DNA from: Coleofasciculus chthonoplastes F2-STO-03
Lineage (GTDB): Bacteria; Cyanobacteriota; Cyanobacteriia; Cyanobacteriales; Coleofasciculaceae
Assembly (NCBI GenBank): GCA_040222015.1
Contig: JAVJWO010000192.1
Coordinates: 1 to 64,000, forward strand
Reading direction: 5' to 3'
DNA: 64,000 bases
Shown here: piece after piece, positions 19,415 to 30,748 of the stretch
Layout: each line of letters begins with the position of its first letter
Numbering within the stretch: the first letter of the stretch is position 1
The notes under the pieces: model-generated
Seen by the model: the letters and a program-made list of their open reading frames with translations, nothing else
The model's database searches: none
What the model was told of the DNA's origin: nothing
Position numbers and translations under genes: made by a program

Positions 19415-20830
19415 ATGAGTCATCATGATCCAAATCAGGAGCATTCCCATGCTAATCAGTCTGGACAACCAGCGACACAGCCGGGAGTTTTGGCTAAATT
19501 CTTTAAATTTGATCGATACCACACCACAATCCGCATAGAACTATTGGCAGGGTTCACCACCTTTATGACGATGGCTTATATCTTGGTGGTGAATCCGGGA
19601 ATTTTATCCGATGCTATTTTTTTAGAAGCATCAGGAGATTTGTTTAATGAATTGGTCATCGCCACAGCAGTTTCTGCGGCAATTGCTACCCTAGTTATGG
19701 GATTGTGGGCGAATTACCCCCTTGCCCTTGCACCCGGTATGGGACTTAATGCCTTTTTTACCTACTCGGTGGTATTGGGATTAGGCATCGACTGGCGGAT
19801 TGCCCTTTCTGCTATCTTAATCGAAGGGTTGATTTTTATTGCCCTAACGCTGTCAAATGTCCGTCATTTAATTGTCAAAGCGATTCCCGATTGTCTGAAA
19901 CGGGCAACGGCGGCGGGAATTGGCTTATTTATCGCCTATATTGGCTTAAGTGGGGCGGGGATTATCGCCGCTGATGCGGTGACGAAAACGAAGTTAGGAG
20001 ATTTGAGTCAACCTTCGACATTAATTGCGATCGCGGGTATCCTAATTACCTCGGCATTTGTCGCCCGTCGCCTCACCGGGGCGCTGTTATGGGGGATTTT
20101 GGCAACGGCGGTGCTAGCCTGGATTCTGGGTGTGTCTCCGTTACCCCAGGGGATTATTGGTGTTCCTGAGTTACCTGTGGATTTAGTTGGGAGTGCGATC
20201 GCGGGATTGGCTAAAATCAATCAGGTGAATGGCTGGGATTTCCTGGCGGTGGTGTTTGTGTTCATGTTTGTGGATTTATTTGACACCGTTGGTACCCTGA
20301 CTGGGGTGGGGATGCAGGCGGGTTATATTAACGAACAGGGGGAATTGCCCCGGGCGAATCAGGCGTTGATGGCAGATGCAGTAGGAACAACGGTAGGGGC
20401 GGTTTTGGGAACTTCGACGGTGACGACGTATATTGAGTCGGCTGCGGGGATTGCGGAAGGGGGGCGCACGGGATTTACGGCTGTTGTTGTGGCGATTTTG
20501 TTTAGTGGTTCGATCTTTTTTATTCCGTTACTGTCGGGAATTCCGGCTTTTGCTACGACGCCAGCGTTGGTGATTGTGGGGGTGTTGATGGCGGGGAATT
20601 TGCGGGGAATTCATTGGGATGATCCGGCGGAGTCCATTCCTTCATTTTTAACGATTTTAATGATGCCATTGACGTATTCGATCGCGGAAGGGTTGGCGAT
20701 TGGATTGATTACTTACCCTTTAATTAAAGGCTTTCAAGGGAAAGCCCATGAAGTCGCGATCGCGGTGTGGGTTTTGGCGGGGATTTTTGTGCTACGTTTT
20801 ATCGTGATGGCGATGAATATTGGGGGGTAG
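19415..20830 (+). CDS. NCS2 family nucleobase permease (AzgA-like)
   Basis: TTFMTMAYILVVNP, APGMGLNAFF, YIESAAG..GGRTG. Confidence 0.93.
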   Translation: MSHHDPNQEHSHANQSGQPATQPGVLAKFFKFDRYHTTIRIELLAGFTTFMTMAYILVVNPGILSDAIFLEASGDLFNELVIATAVSAAIATLVMGLWANYPLALAPGMGLNAFFTYSVVLGLGIDWRIALSAILIEGLIFIALTLSNVRHLIVKAIPDCLKRATAAGIGLFIAYIGLSGAGIIAADAVTKTKLGDLSQPSTLIAIAGILITSAFVARRLTGALLWGILATAVLAWILGVSPLPQGIIGVPELPVDLVGSAIAGLAKINQVNGWDFLAVVFVFMFVDLFDTVGTLTGVGMQAGYINEQGELPRANQALMADAVGTTVGAVLGTSTVTTYIESAAGIAEGGRTGFTAVVVAILFSGSIFFIPLLSGIPAFATTPALVIVGVLMAGNLRGIHWDDPAESIPSFLTILMMPLTYSIAEGLAIGLITYPLIKGFQGKAHEVAIAVWVLAGIFVLRFIVMAMNIGG

Positions 20831-20911
20831 ATAGAGCTTTACGACTAATCATTATGGTGTTACTAGCCATGCTAGTAGGGTAGGACTAATTTACTAAAAA
20901 CCATAGCTTAG

Positions 20912-21700
20912 TCATTGCTTCTGAGCAATATCGTTTGCTTTTTCGGCTTCTATAAGATGAATTGCCAGTAAAATTTCAGCTAACATTCGCTGGAGAGCAT
21001 AATACCAGCCAGCCCATCCGTCTAGAATTCCTCCCTTCAAAATTAGGCAGTAAAAGAGGATAATAAAAGGAGCAATAATTTTTTTCCGTCGGATGCGATC
21101 ACCAATACTTAGTTCACTAGTCGGTGTTCCTATTAATTTCTGGGCTTCAAGGATCATATACCGATCCTGTGAGTTTATCCATCGGCTCAGCGGTTTACGG
21201 TCATCGTGGTAAATGTAGGATAAAAGTTGACCCGAACGACCATTCAAGTGTAGCTTTTGTGTATGTCCATCATCAAAATAAAATGCTTTTTCTCGTCTGA
21301 ATAGAACTAGGCGAGGCGGAAGCAATGTTCCTCGAAGTGGCTTACCAAAAACACAATATTTGAAACAGGTAAAGTAGCCATCTACTACTGAGTTATCCGC
21401 TAAATTATCGAGTTCCGAAATAAATTCGTCAGTAATTCTATAATCAGCATCTAGGGATAGAACCCAGTCAGTCTTGACTTGCTCTAAACCGTAGTTCCAT
21501 TGATTGGCAAATGTATCAAATTTTCTTTGAAATACCTGGACTTGGGGATAGGTTTTTAACTTTTCCACGGTTTCATCATTGCTGTAACTATCAATGACTA
21601 TAATGATCTCAAATAAATTTAGCTTTGGAATCGTTCTATGGATATTATTTTTTTCATTAAATGTAAGGAGTAAGGGAGTTATATTTTCTATCATTACCAC
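20912..21700 (-). CDS. Glycosyltransferase family 2
   Basis: VIDSYSND, WVLSLDAD. Confidence 0.88.
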   Translation of the reverse strand: MVMIENITPLLLTFNEKNNIHRTIPKLNLFEIIIVIDSYSNDETVEKLKTYPQVQVFQRKFDTFANQWNYGLEQVKTDWVLSLDADYRITDEFISELDNLADNSVVDGYFTCFKYCVFGKPLRGTLLPPRLVLFRREKAFYFDDGHTQKLHLNGRSGQLLSYIYHDDRKPLSRWINSQDRYMILEAQKLIGTPTSELSIGDRIRRKKIIAPFIILFYCLILKGGILDGWAGWYYALQRMLAEILLAIHLIEAEKANDIAQKQ

Positions 21701-21709
21701 TACTTCATT

Positions 21710-22362
21710 TTAGTTTTGGCAATAACATATCATAGATTTCCAAAGATAAGGTAATCTTCCTGCAAATTTAAATCGAATCTCTTTAAAACCTTGTTCCTCT
21801 AGCATTTTCGTCAGGGTAGCAACAGAAAAAAATTTGATATGTCCGCCATCCCACAAAACAGTAAAGTGCTGGTCGAGCTTTCCTAATACTGCAAGAGTCA
21901 GATTTTTGATATAGCCGTGATAAGGTGTAGTTATAATTAGCTGTCCTTTCGGTTTTAGACACTTCTTTGCCGATCTTATTAACTCTTTGGGATAAAGTAA
22001 GTGTTCAATAACTTCACAAGAGATGACGATATCAAATGAACTAGACAATTCTTTATACGGTAAATTGTAAATACTGGCTTGGATGAAATGACAATGAGGA
22101 TAGCTCAGACAAGCAAATTTTATGCCTGAACTCGATTCATCTACTCCAACAACTTCATATCCTTGCTGTGAAATTAGGTGACTGAGACTGCCGTTACCAC
22201 AGCCAAGATCGAGAACACGTAAGGTATCCTGGTTAGGGTTAGGTTGTTTTTGATCGGCAAGGAGTTTTATGAGAGGTTTAATTAAGTAAGTAAGTAAGTA
22301 TGATGATGATCGGGATGACTGTTTTGATAAGGATATTCATAGGCATTCTTCCTTGTCGGCAT
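21710..22362 (-). pseudogene. Class I SAM methyltransferase, frameshifted at an (AAGT)4 tract
   Basis: Downstream frame has RVLDLGCGNG and EVIEHL; ATG 22362 is in frame only with 2 or 5 repeat units. Confidence 0.8.
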
Positions 22363-22380
22363 AACTTTAGACAAACTGTG

Positions 22381-23589
22381 TTAATCAAAATTTGGAAGTG
22401 GCTCTTTATCCAAAATACTTTTATAGACTTCGCTCAGATTTGAGGCAATTGAACCCCAGCTATATTGCTTCAGAATTAGCTGACGAGCACGATCGTGCCG
22501 CTGTTTAGTCTGTTGACAATTGTTTAAGTCTTCTAAACATTTTTGGAGTGACTTCGCAATTGTAGCAGTCTCCAACGCAGTAATACAACCAAGTTGGTAC
22601 TGTTCCACAACAGGAGCCAAAGGTACACCAGGCGTGATCACGATCGCTAAACCTGCGGCGATTGCCTCCAATACGGCTAAACCAAAGCTCTCTGAGTGAG
22701 ACGTGAGTGCGAAGATATCAGAACCTTGCAGCAGTAGTTCTTTCATCTCACCCTGAACGAATCCTACACGATGGGTGCGATCACTGATTCCTGCCGCTAA
22801 TAGCTGAGCCTCGATTTGGCTCTCATAATCCGGAGAACCACTTCCGGCTAAGACAAAGGTAAAACGTTGGTTTTTTATTGCTCCTAATGCTGAAATGAGA
22901 TAATCTAATCCCTTTTTATAGTGCAGGCGGGACATAAACAAAATAATCGGCTCATCAGCAGGAATCTGTAGCCGTTGTCGCAAAAGCTGTCGCGCATCAG
23001 GGATGGGAGTTGGTACAGATACACTGAAGGGTAGGATAAAACTAGGTGGTTTTAGAGCCAAGGGAGCCGCTTCTCGCTGTTCTTGAAGGGTGGTAAACTC
23101 CAAAGCTTGACTGTGATTGAGATTAGCTCGTTCGATGAGAGCTAAATAAATTTGTTTTTTCCAAGCACTTTGCTGTAACGACCAAGTACAAAGCAATCCT
23201 AGAGGACGAACAAGATAAGGAACCTTCTTCAGACGGGCAATTGCCATGGCTGTTGTGCAGGGATAGGAAAACAGAGCATGGATATGCAGGAGGTCATATT
23301 CTGAGATATGCTGCCATAACCAGGTCGTAAGTTGGCTAGAGGCAGCAAATTCTCGCAAGGTAGTAATCGGTGGGGAGAAGCGAGGAAAAAACCTGATGGG
23401 AACTTGTTTATACTCCGTGAGTTGGCAAAGAGGCATATCGAGGAGATCAACTCCATTATCATTGGTTGTGACAACTTCTGCATTAATACCCCTATCTAGT
23501 AATGCCTTGACAATATCGAGTAGGGCTTGACTGGGACCTCCCCGAACTGGACTAACAGAAGGAATAACGTGGAGAACTTTCACTGGCAA
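22381..23589 (-). CDS. Glycosyltransferase family 4
   Basis: GGPS, SRLHYKKG, SESFGLAVLEA. Confidence 0.92.
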   Translation of the reverse strand: MPVKVLHVIPSVSPVRGGPSQALLDIVKALLDRGINAEVVTTNDNGVDLLDMPLCQLTEYKQVPIRFFPRFSPPITTLREFAASSQLTTWLWQHISEYDLLHIHALFSYPCTTAMAIARLKKVPYLVRPLGLLCTWSLQQSAWKKQIYLALIERANLNHSQALEFTTLQEQREAAPLALKPPSFILPFSVSVPTPIPDARQLLRQRLQIPADEPIILFMSRLHYKKGLDYLISALGAIKNQRFTFVLAGSGSPDYESQIEAQLLAAGISDRTHRVGFVQGEMKELLLQGSDIFALTSHSESFGLAVLEAIAAGLAIVITPGVPLAPVVEQYQLGCITALETATIAKSLQKCLEDLNNCQQTKQRHDRARQLILKQYSWGSIASNLSEVYKSILDKEPLPNFD

Positions 23590-24683
23590 ATCCTTAATGT
23601 TTCTTCTATTGCATGATTAAATCTATTAACTCCCTGCGTTAAGGAATGCTGATAGACGCTCATTTGGGCAGCCTGAGAACGCTCTTGCAATTGAGTTGAA
23701 GACAGTAGAGTAGCTTGTCTCATCGCCTGGTAAAGAGCTTCTTTATTATTCGCTGTAATTAGCCATCCATTTTTGTTATTCGCGATCAATTCCAAAGCAG
23801 CACCTGTACGATTTGTACCGATTACAGGTAAACCTGATGCTAAACCCTCAGGTACAACCAAAGCCCAGCCATCATATCGAGACGGTACACAAAGAATATC
23901 TGCGGCTTTGTAAAAATTAGGGAGATCCTCCCAAGACTGAAACCCTAAAAATTGCACTCGCTCTCTGTATCGGGCAAGTTGCTTTTCCAACCAAGAACGT
24001 AGATTTCCTTCACCCATGATAGTTAGCTTGACAAATGGAAATTCATCAGCCAGTTGGCTAAAAGCTGATGCCAATAAATCTACTCCTTTACGGTGGATTA
24101 GGGAACCAGAATACAGAAAGCAGCGAGATTCTTTATTAAAGTAGTTAGTATCTCTAGACAAGCTGAATCGGTTCAAATTAGAAAAATAGGGGATATTAAA
24201 ATACTGACGATAGCTGCCAAATTCTCGGCGATATTGCTCCACTGCCCAATTTCCAATCCCCCAAATTGGCACATTAGATCGGTGGAGGGTGGACAATTTC
24301 CACTTTCTGTAGTGATAACCTAACCAACCCAGTTGGCGATATCCAGTGCGTTCTCCCCAGAAGCACCAAGCTTTTTGGCTATTAGCACGACGTTCAATCA
24401 TTTGTCTACTTGCAGGATGCTGATAATAGTTAAAAATAACTAAATCAGCGGCATTCATTACAGACTCAGCCGTTGCGTAATTTTCGATATCATCATCTAG
24501 TATGATGTAAGAATGGCATAATTCTGGTGCTTGCCAAAAACGAGAAAGTGAATCATTGGATTTTGGATAAATATAAACTATATATAAATCCCAATAGTTT
24601 TTGTCGGCAATACCATTAAATAATTCCACTTGATAAGGTGAGGGAATGTAAGTTACAATAAACAATCGTTGTTTTATTGTCAT
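23580..24683 (-). CDS. Glycosyltransferase family 4
   Basis: GSLIHRKG, PSRYDGWALVVPEG. Confidence 0.9.
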   Translation of the reverse strand: MTIKQRLFIVTYIPSPYQVELFNGIADKNYWDLYIVYIYPKSNDSLSRFWQAPELCHSYIILDDDIENYATAESVMNAADLVIFNYYQHPASRQMIERRANSQKAWCFWGERTGYRQLGWLGYHYRKWKLSTLHRSNVPIWGIGNWAVEQYRREFGSYRQYFNIPYFSNLNRFSLSRDTNYFNKESRCFLYSGSLIHRKGVDLLASAFSQLADEFPFVKLTIMGEGNLRSWLEKQLARYRERVQFLGFQSWEDLPNFYKAADILCVPSRYDGWALVVPEGLASGLPVIGTNRTGAALELIANNKNGWLITANNKEALYQAMRQATLLSSTQLQERSQAAQMSVYQHSLTQGVNRFNHAIEETLRICQ

Positions 24684-24705
24684 TACTTTATTTTTTTGAT
24701 CCAAA

Positions 24706-26127
24706 TTAATGATTGTTTTCTTTTTTGTTTATAGGTAAAATTATCCATGTTATAAACATCCAAGCTAGCAGAGCATAACTCATAAGAACGAGATCAAGCA
24801 TAGATCGCATACCTGCGAATAAAGCCATGGCTGACAAACTGTAAACTAGAGGAGCAGCGGATTCTGAATATCGAATTAGCAATAGGCTAGCAATACTGGC
24901 TAAACGTCCATAAATCCATCCTCCAAACAAAACACCGAGCCAACCTGCACTAAGATACCATTCCCCAATCACCGAGCTTGACAGGGAAACCCCTTTCAAG
25001 CCTACTGCTTTTGTTAAATCAAAACCCGGATCGACTGGCTTACTAGACCAAAGAACCCTAGGAATAGGTCTGACTAAGACAAATATTATTTGTTGATGAT
25101 AAACATACGAATGAGATGCCGGAACAATGTCGATAATTTGACTGAGCCTGAGAAAATTATCATCGACATGAAGATGTTCATACTGTAGCTCTTTGGGCTG
25201 ATTTTTAAATAATTTTTTAAATCCAGTATTTCTATACTCTAACATATACTGCATGGAAAACAGGAGCAAAAAAATACTGAAAGCTAGTACGATTAGATGA
25301 CGGATTTTTAAGTGATGTTGTTCAAGTATCCAACAAATAATAGATGCCCCAAAAATCACTCCAATAATGCGTCGATTACCGCCTTGAGCATAAAAGGCTG
25401 CCATTATTAGGGATAAACCAATTGAGACAATGACTCGATGATCTAACCAACGACTTCTCAACGCCAATAGGATAGTCAGAGTTGGTAATAAATATCCAAA
25501 ATAAGCCATGTGATCTAGGAAGGCATCCCAGCCTCCTAATTGTCCTCTTGTCCAAGGTGCGTTCCAGCGATTTTGACCAAGATAGTAAATCATGACTAAC
25601 GGGTTAAAACCACTCGGATAAGCAAACCTAAAGATACCTAGAGCGAAAAATATTAGGATGAGCCTAAAAATTGTTTTGGGATTCAAGGGGTGTGTCGCTG
25701 CTTTGCTCAAAAGTTTAGGCAATTTTCTTGGACGAGATAAAGCAGCTATCCAAATGCCAATGACAAACAAACCGATAGCGATAAACGCACTTTCTATGGC
25801 TTCTTTGTCTACTTGGACTAAAGCGTAAGCACCTTGGAGTAAATCTAACAACAACCAGTAAACAGGTGCTAAAACCAGTAGATGCTCTGCTCGTAAAGCC
25901 GTCTGGGGATTACGAAGGCTAGCTAGAGTTGGCGCAAGTAAAAGACCTATTGTCATCGCTGTGGCTGATGGCATTAGATTGCCAGCCGGATAGGGATTTT
26001 CAGGGATAAGTAGAAGGGCAACTGCTGTACCAATTGCTGTCCCAGCTATGCCAAGCGTCGGGTATAGAGGGTATTTCTTGGCTAAGAGGGAAGAAACTGG
26101 GATGGTAAAAGGATAATCGACTTGCAT
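24706..26127 (-). CDS. O-antigen polymerase (Wzy)-like membrane protein
   Basis: About 10-11 TM helices, GGNRR, RPIPRVLW..KP loop; start taken at MQVDY because upstream codons lie in a repeat. Confidence 0.65.
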   Translation of the reverse strand: MQVDYPFTIPVSSLLAKKYPLYPTLGIAGTAIGTAVALLLIPENPYPAGNLMPSATAMTIGLLLAPTLASLRNPQTALRAEHLLVLAPVYWLLLDLLQGAYALVQVDKEAIESAFIAIGLFVIGIWIAALSRPRKLPKLLSKAATHPLNPKTIFRLILIFFALGIFRFAYPSGFNPLVMIYYLGQNRWNAPWTRGQLGGWDAFLDHMAYFGYLLPTLTILLALRSRWLDHRVIVSIGLSLIMAAFYAQGGNRRIIGVIFGASIICWILEQHHLKIRHLIVLAFSIFLLLFSMQYMLEYRNTGFKKLFKNQPKELQYEHLHVDDNFLRLSQIIDIVPASHSYVYHQQIIFVLVRPIPRVLWSSKPVDPGFDLTKAVGLKGVSLSSSVIGEWYLSAGWLGVLFGGWIYGRLASIASLLLIRYSESAAPLVYSLSAMALFAGMRSMLDLVLMSYALLAWMFITWIILPINKKENNH

Positions 26128-26290
26128 AGAGATTTCATATAAACGGCAATAGCGTTCGAGTGATATAGTGCTTATCTTGCCTGTGAGATACGCCCATCCG
26201 TCGGGGCGCAAGGCTTGCGCCACAAAAGATATACCGCATCAGACCGGAAATTGCTATAGATAGTTTAACGATAAGAAGAGGTAAATCATT

Positions 26291-27520
26291 TTATCCAATG
26301 GCATGAGCTAGGGATTGGAGATGCTGATGTAACTGTGACAAACTAAACATAGACATATCAGTAGCTTCCCTCGAAAAGGATTGAAGTTGCTGCGGATTAT
26401 ACAAGCAGAATTCCAAGGCTTGGGCGATCGCTTCCCCACTTACTTCCGGTAACATGATCCCGTTTACTTGATCTTTCACAACTTCACCACAAAATCTGGA
26501 TGCAATAATCGGCAGTTTCCAGGCTTGGGCTTCTAGTTGTGTTAAACCAAAACCATCAGAGAGAGTGGGAAACAGGAAAACATCTGCTCGCTTATAGTAG
26601 TGGGCTGTGGCACGGCGGGGAACTGCACCAAGATACCTAATGTGTTTGTTAATTTTAGCTTGTTCATCAATACCTGGAGAACCCACTAACCAAAATTCTA
26701 TCGGCTGGTGGCATAACAAGTCAGCTGCTTTTAGTAGCGCGACGATGCCCTTACGCAAAATTATTTGACCCAAAAATAACACTCGCAGGGGACGTTGAGC
26801 TGAGAAACGTGGGGGATAAACGCGAACAAAATCCAGCGCGGCATCTGGGGGTTCATAGGCAAGTGGAATAATGTCGATTTTTTTAGCCGAGACACCTGCT
26901 TGCTGCAAAGATTGACTCGACCAAGGGGAGTTGACTACAACTCGGTCAGCCAATAAGCATTCTTCTTCCCAGTACGTCCAGTAGTGAGACGGTGCAGATT
27001 GCCAGTTGGGCTGATAGGTCGGATATTTTGCATATTCTGCTTGAACGAATGTTTCCTCAACTAGACCTGGATCGATTTGACCTAAGATAGTGTACCAACC
27101 TCTAATTTTGGCATAGCGAAATAGTTCTAATGCCGCATAACTGTAGGCAAATAGGATAGGACGAGAGTTGAGAGGAAGAGTGATAGTCTTTAGTCGCTGG
27201 ATGGCTTTTTGTTGAAACCAGCTATTACGAGCGATAATGCGTTTCCATTCTGACGTTTTTTGTAGGCGTTGCGCCAGTTCAAAGCGAATCAAAGATCCAG
27301 TGAAAGCTTGAACGGAGGCTTGGGTTAAGTCAGGATGGAAGCGATCGCGTAAATTAGCGAAAAGAGATTGAGGCAGTTGGTTCAGGGGAGATTGAGGTAA
27401 GATCCAGGCATCTGTGATTAGATGGGCAAGTTGTCCAACTTGGTGTAATGCGCGTGGAATCGCGTAGTGTTCGCGAGCTCCTAGTTGACAGCAAATCCAG
27501 CAGGGTAAGTTTTCAGACAT
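26291..27520 (-). CDS. Glycosyltransferase family 4
   Basis: GQIILRKG, PTLSDGFGLTQLEA. Confidence 0.9.
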   Translation of the reverse strand: MSENLPCWICCQLGAREHYAIPRALHQVGQLAHLITDAWILPQSPLNQLPQSLFANLRDRFHPDLTQASVQAFTGSLIRFELAQRLQKTSEWKRIIARNSWFQQKAIQRLKTITLPLNSRPILFAYSYAALELFRYAKIRGWYTILGQIDPGLVEETFVQAEYAKYPTYQPNWQSAPSHYWTYWEEECLLADRVVVNSPWSSQSLQQAGVSAKKIDIIPLAYEPPDAALDFVRVYPPRFSAQRPLRVLFLGQIILRKGIVALLKAADLLCHQPIEFWLVGSPGIDEQAKINKHIRYLGAVPRRATAHYYKRADVFLFPTLSDGFGLTQLEAQAWKLPIIASRFCGEVVKDQVNGIMLPEVSGEAIAQALEFCLYNPQQLQSFSREATDMSMFSLSQLHQHLQSLAHAIG

Positions 27521-27526
27521 TTACTT

Positions 27527-28306
27527 TTAATCATCTATATCATTTGGCTTATGAGCTTCCAGGCAAATGGAAAATTCAGGCCAACGCATCAGCTTTGTCA
27601 ACCTAGAGTCCACCAGGGGAGGTAAAATCCGTAGAGGCAAAATAAACCCCCAGCCTATTAAAGGATGAATTTTTGATAAAGTTCGCATAATAAATGTAAT
27701 TTTTTGGCTTAAAAATCCACTGCAAAAAGATACTGAATCAACAACTAAACCTGATTGTAGACAAAGGCTTATCAAATCTTGTGTGGTATACCCTTTTCGG
27801 ACATGCCATCCAGTCTCAATTTGTAAAAATGGTCCCTTATCCATTGCGGTAATAGGTTTATAGTGATAATTAGGAGTTGTCAAGAAAAGCTTTCCACTTT
27901 TTTTCAAACACCTAGCAATATCTATCATAAGTTTTTGATCATCAATAATATGTTCAATAACCTCAAAACATATTGCTACATCAAAACTAGAAATTAAATC
28001 TTGGCGACAATCGAGTTGACGAACGTCTAATACTTCAAATTTAGCAGAAGTTGTCCTACAGAGTAAAGCCCGCTGACTAGCTACCGATTGATTTCTTTCA
28101 TCCCAACTCAACCCTAGGGCTTCGTACCCTTGTATAGCAGCACCAATGGTGAAAGCACCTGTACCACAGCCTACATCAATGAGTTTTTCAGCAGCAGAAG
28201 TTGGCGGTAATCTTTTCTTTAACCATAACCATCGGTCTAGTACCAGTGTATCTCCATGAATCAAAGTTGCCGGAAAGCCAAATAGTTTAACTAATATAGA
28301 TTTCAT
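27527..28306 (-). CDS. Class I SAM-dependent methyltransferase
   Basis: IDVGCGTG, FEVIEHI, LTTPN. Confidence 0.9.
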   Translation of the reverse strand: MKSILVKLFGFPATLIHGDTLVLDRWLWLKKRLPPTSAAEKLIDVGCGTGAFTIGAAIQGYEALGLSWDERNQSVASQRALLCRTTSAKFEVLDVRQLDCRQDLISSFDVAICFEVIEHIIDDQKLMIDIARCLKKSGKLFLTTPNYHYKPITAMDKGPFLQIETGWHVRKGYTTQDLISLCLQSGLVVDSVSFCSGFLSQKITFIMRTLSKIHPLIGWGFILPLRILPPLVDSRLTKLMRWPEFSICLEAHKPNDIDD

Positions 28307-28458
28307 AAAAATTTTATTCTATGAGGAATAGATAGTAATTTTATAACGGCAAAATCAGTAGCTATAGCTCCATGGAAATTGCTTTAGCTAATCTCTTAAT
28401 ATAGGCTCTAGCTGATGCTCTTTAGGGACAATGTATTTTTGAATTTGAATTAGTTGCT

Positions 28459-29346
28459 TCATTCGGTGTTTGAGCTGATAGCTGATATGGGTAAAGATTC
28501 TAAGTATCTATACAGACGAATAGGTAAAACTTGCCGCTCATGCCAGGTCAATATACCCTGTTGTATTCCAGAAACTAAACCTCTCAAATGAACCAGAGGT
28601 ATTTTAGTTTTTAGAGATAGTTTTATGTAGCTACCACATGCTCTAGCTATTTCTAGGGGAAGTAGAGGTATTGGGGTATGCAAAAAGTGAGACCAGATAC
28701 GATTTTGAGTTCCATAAAAACCCTTGACTCTAGAGTCTTGAACATTAGAATTAGCCCAGTGATAAACCCGACAGGCTGGAAATGCATGAACCTCATAGCC
28801 AGCACTCCAAATTCGCAAACAGAGTTCTGGTTCTTCGCCATAATAAAAAAAATTGCTGTAATATCCACCCATCTCCATAAAAATACTCTTGCGAATTAAT
28901 GCTGCACACGCCATGTAAGATAAGCAAGGATAAGGAGAAGTGTCCTGAATTGGTTTTGGATTGAAGCTATCCACCAAGGGAAAAGATAAAACGGCTACTT
29001 TCGGATTATCATCCATGTATTTAATCGCTAGTTCTGGACCGATTTCATCGACGAAACATGAATCATCATCAAGGCTAAATATATAGTCGAAAGGCGCTGA
29101 ACAATTGCTAATGTTACGGTTGAGAGCTGCTCCATAATTTCTGGGATTGCGAATCAGGCAATAGGCAGAGTTAGAAATACTTTGCCAGTAATCGTCTGAA
29201 ACAGTGTCACTGGCATCATCGTGAACCCAAACTGGGTATTTTGCCCAACTTTCATTCTTTTGTAGGTGAACAAAAAGTTTTTTTAAGTCTTGCTCTCGAT
29301 TTCGGGTTGTAATCACTATTCCTGCTTTTTGATTCACGTCTATCAC
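28459..29346 (-). CDS. Glycosyltransferase family 2
   Basis: HDDAS, SLDDD, YGEEPE. Confidence 0.87.
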   Translation of the reverse strand: MIDVNQKAGIVITTRNREQDLKKLFVHLQKNESWAKYPVWVHDDASDTVSDDYWQSISNSAYCLIRNPRNYGAALNRNISNCSAPFDYIFSLDDDSCFVDEIGPELAIKYMDDNPKVAVLSFPLVDSFNPKPIQDTSPYPCLSYMACAALIRKSIFMEMGGYYSNFFYYGEEPELCLRIWSAGYEVHAFPACRVYHWANSNVQDSRVKGFYGTQNRIWSHFLHTPIPLLPLEIARACGSYIKLSLKTKIPLVHLRGLVSGIQQGILTWHERQVLPIRLYRYLESLPISAISSNTE

Positions 29347-29442
29347 CTAAGTTCATGATTTTTTTCAGCAGCGTGAAGGTATCTACTGTCGATTCTAGTA
29401 AAAGACGATATTGCTTTGACCCTAGTGAGATGTCCAACTGGA

Positions 29443-29537
29443 ATATAGCAGTTCTCAAGTGTTAATTGTACACCCAAATGTCGGGGCGCAAGCCTTACAC
29501 CCTCACATAAGTGCCTCATTCATTTGAGGAATGCTAT
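29443..29537. repeat. TATAGC-ended MITE-like element
   Basis: TATAGCAGTTCTCAA...TTTGAGGAATGCTATA; related ends at ~10897 and ~26165-26258. Confidence 0.6.
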
Positions 29538-29793
29538 ATTTTATTAATTTTTTTATCATGATCTATATGTTATATATATTGATAAACAGGTCTTAGGATG
29601 TTATGATAACACACTAACTTGGTGGACGGGCGAAAAATACTATAAAATCCATTGCCGGAGTGGGTATAGTATAAAACCATTGTCCAGCAACTGTTCGATG
29701 ATATTCTAAATTTCAAACCCGCCCTTACAGTTATGTTAAATTTATACCCTAACCAGCTTGACCTGATTATAGCTTATTACTCTAGCATCAAGA

Positions 29794-30729
29794 ATGTCTC
29801 AAATTCAAGGTCTAATGTCGGATAGGAAGTTAACACTAGGTTGGCAGTCATGGTTATTGCGAAGTTGGGGGAGAACCCTACGTCTGGTTCCCAAAGGTCG
29901 ATATACCCTATTTCATGCTGGGTGGAAAACTTTAGGTTCTCCTGATAGGTTTATTGGCGAGTTACATGGAATCCCCTTTGTTGTAGATACCCTAGACAGG
30001 TACACATCAGTACAAATGTTTTTATGGGGGTGTTATGAACCTGCGGTCACATTAGTTTTTCTTTCGCTCCTTGCTCCTAATGTTTGCGTCATGGATATAG
30101 GTGCAAATAAAGGTTATTTTAGTTTGTTGGCAGCGCAACGAGTAGGTTCACAAGGTCGAGTCTTTTCCTATGAGCCATCACCACGCAATATTGAGGATCT
30201 CGTTGGAACGCAAAAACTATCGAAATACCAGCATTGGCAAATAATTCCACTAGCAATTTCTTCAAGCACCGGCTCTGTAAAGTTTCAGGATTATGGACTT
30301 GAACAAGGTCACTCAGGTTGGGGTACAGTTAGTACATCTGGCTCTTTAAATGTTCGTGCATCAACTGTTGACTCGGAATTAGAACGGTTATCAATCAAGC
30401 AGGTAGATCTGTTAAAAATGGATATCGAAGGACACGAAATTGAAGCCATCAAAGGCATGGTAAATTCTTTATCCCACCACCGAATCCGTCATGTGTTAAT
30501 TGAACTTCACTTAAGTACGTTCTCTCCAGATGACCTAGCTAAATTAATAACCCAGTTTTCGGATTTGGGTTATCGAGGCAGTTATATCCGTGAGGATAAT
30601 GTGTCAATACATCAATGTCTTCGCGCTTTATACCAACAAGATACAGTTGATGCTTCTAAGGTATTACAGCCATTAGAGCCATCGAAAATTGTGGATGACC
30701 GGATTCATGTGCTGTGGTCAGTTAGCTAA
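29794..30729 (+). CDS. FkbM family methyltransferase
   Basis: DIGANKG, YEPSP, KMDIEGHE. Confidence 0.92.
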   Translation: MSQIQGLMSDRKLTLGWQSWLLRSWGRTLRLVPKGRYTLFHAGWKTLGSPDRFIGELHGIPFVVDTLDRYTSVQMFLWGCYEPAVTLVFLSLLAPNVCVMDIGANKGYFSLLAAQRVGSQGRVFSYEPSPRNIEDLVGTQKLSKYQHWQIIPLAISSSTGSVKFQDYGLEQGHSGWGTVSTSGSLNVRASTVDSELERLSIKQVDLLKMDIEGHEIEAIKGMVNSLSHHRIRHVLIELHLSTFSPDDLAKLITQFSDLGYRGSYIREDNVSIHQCLRALYQQDTVDASKVLQPLEPSKIVDDRIHVLWSVS

Positions 30730-30748
30730 TTTATTCATTCGATAATTT

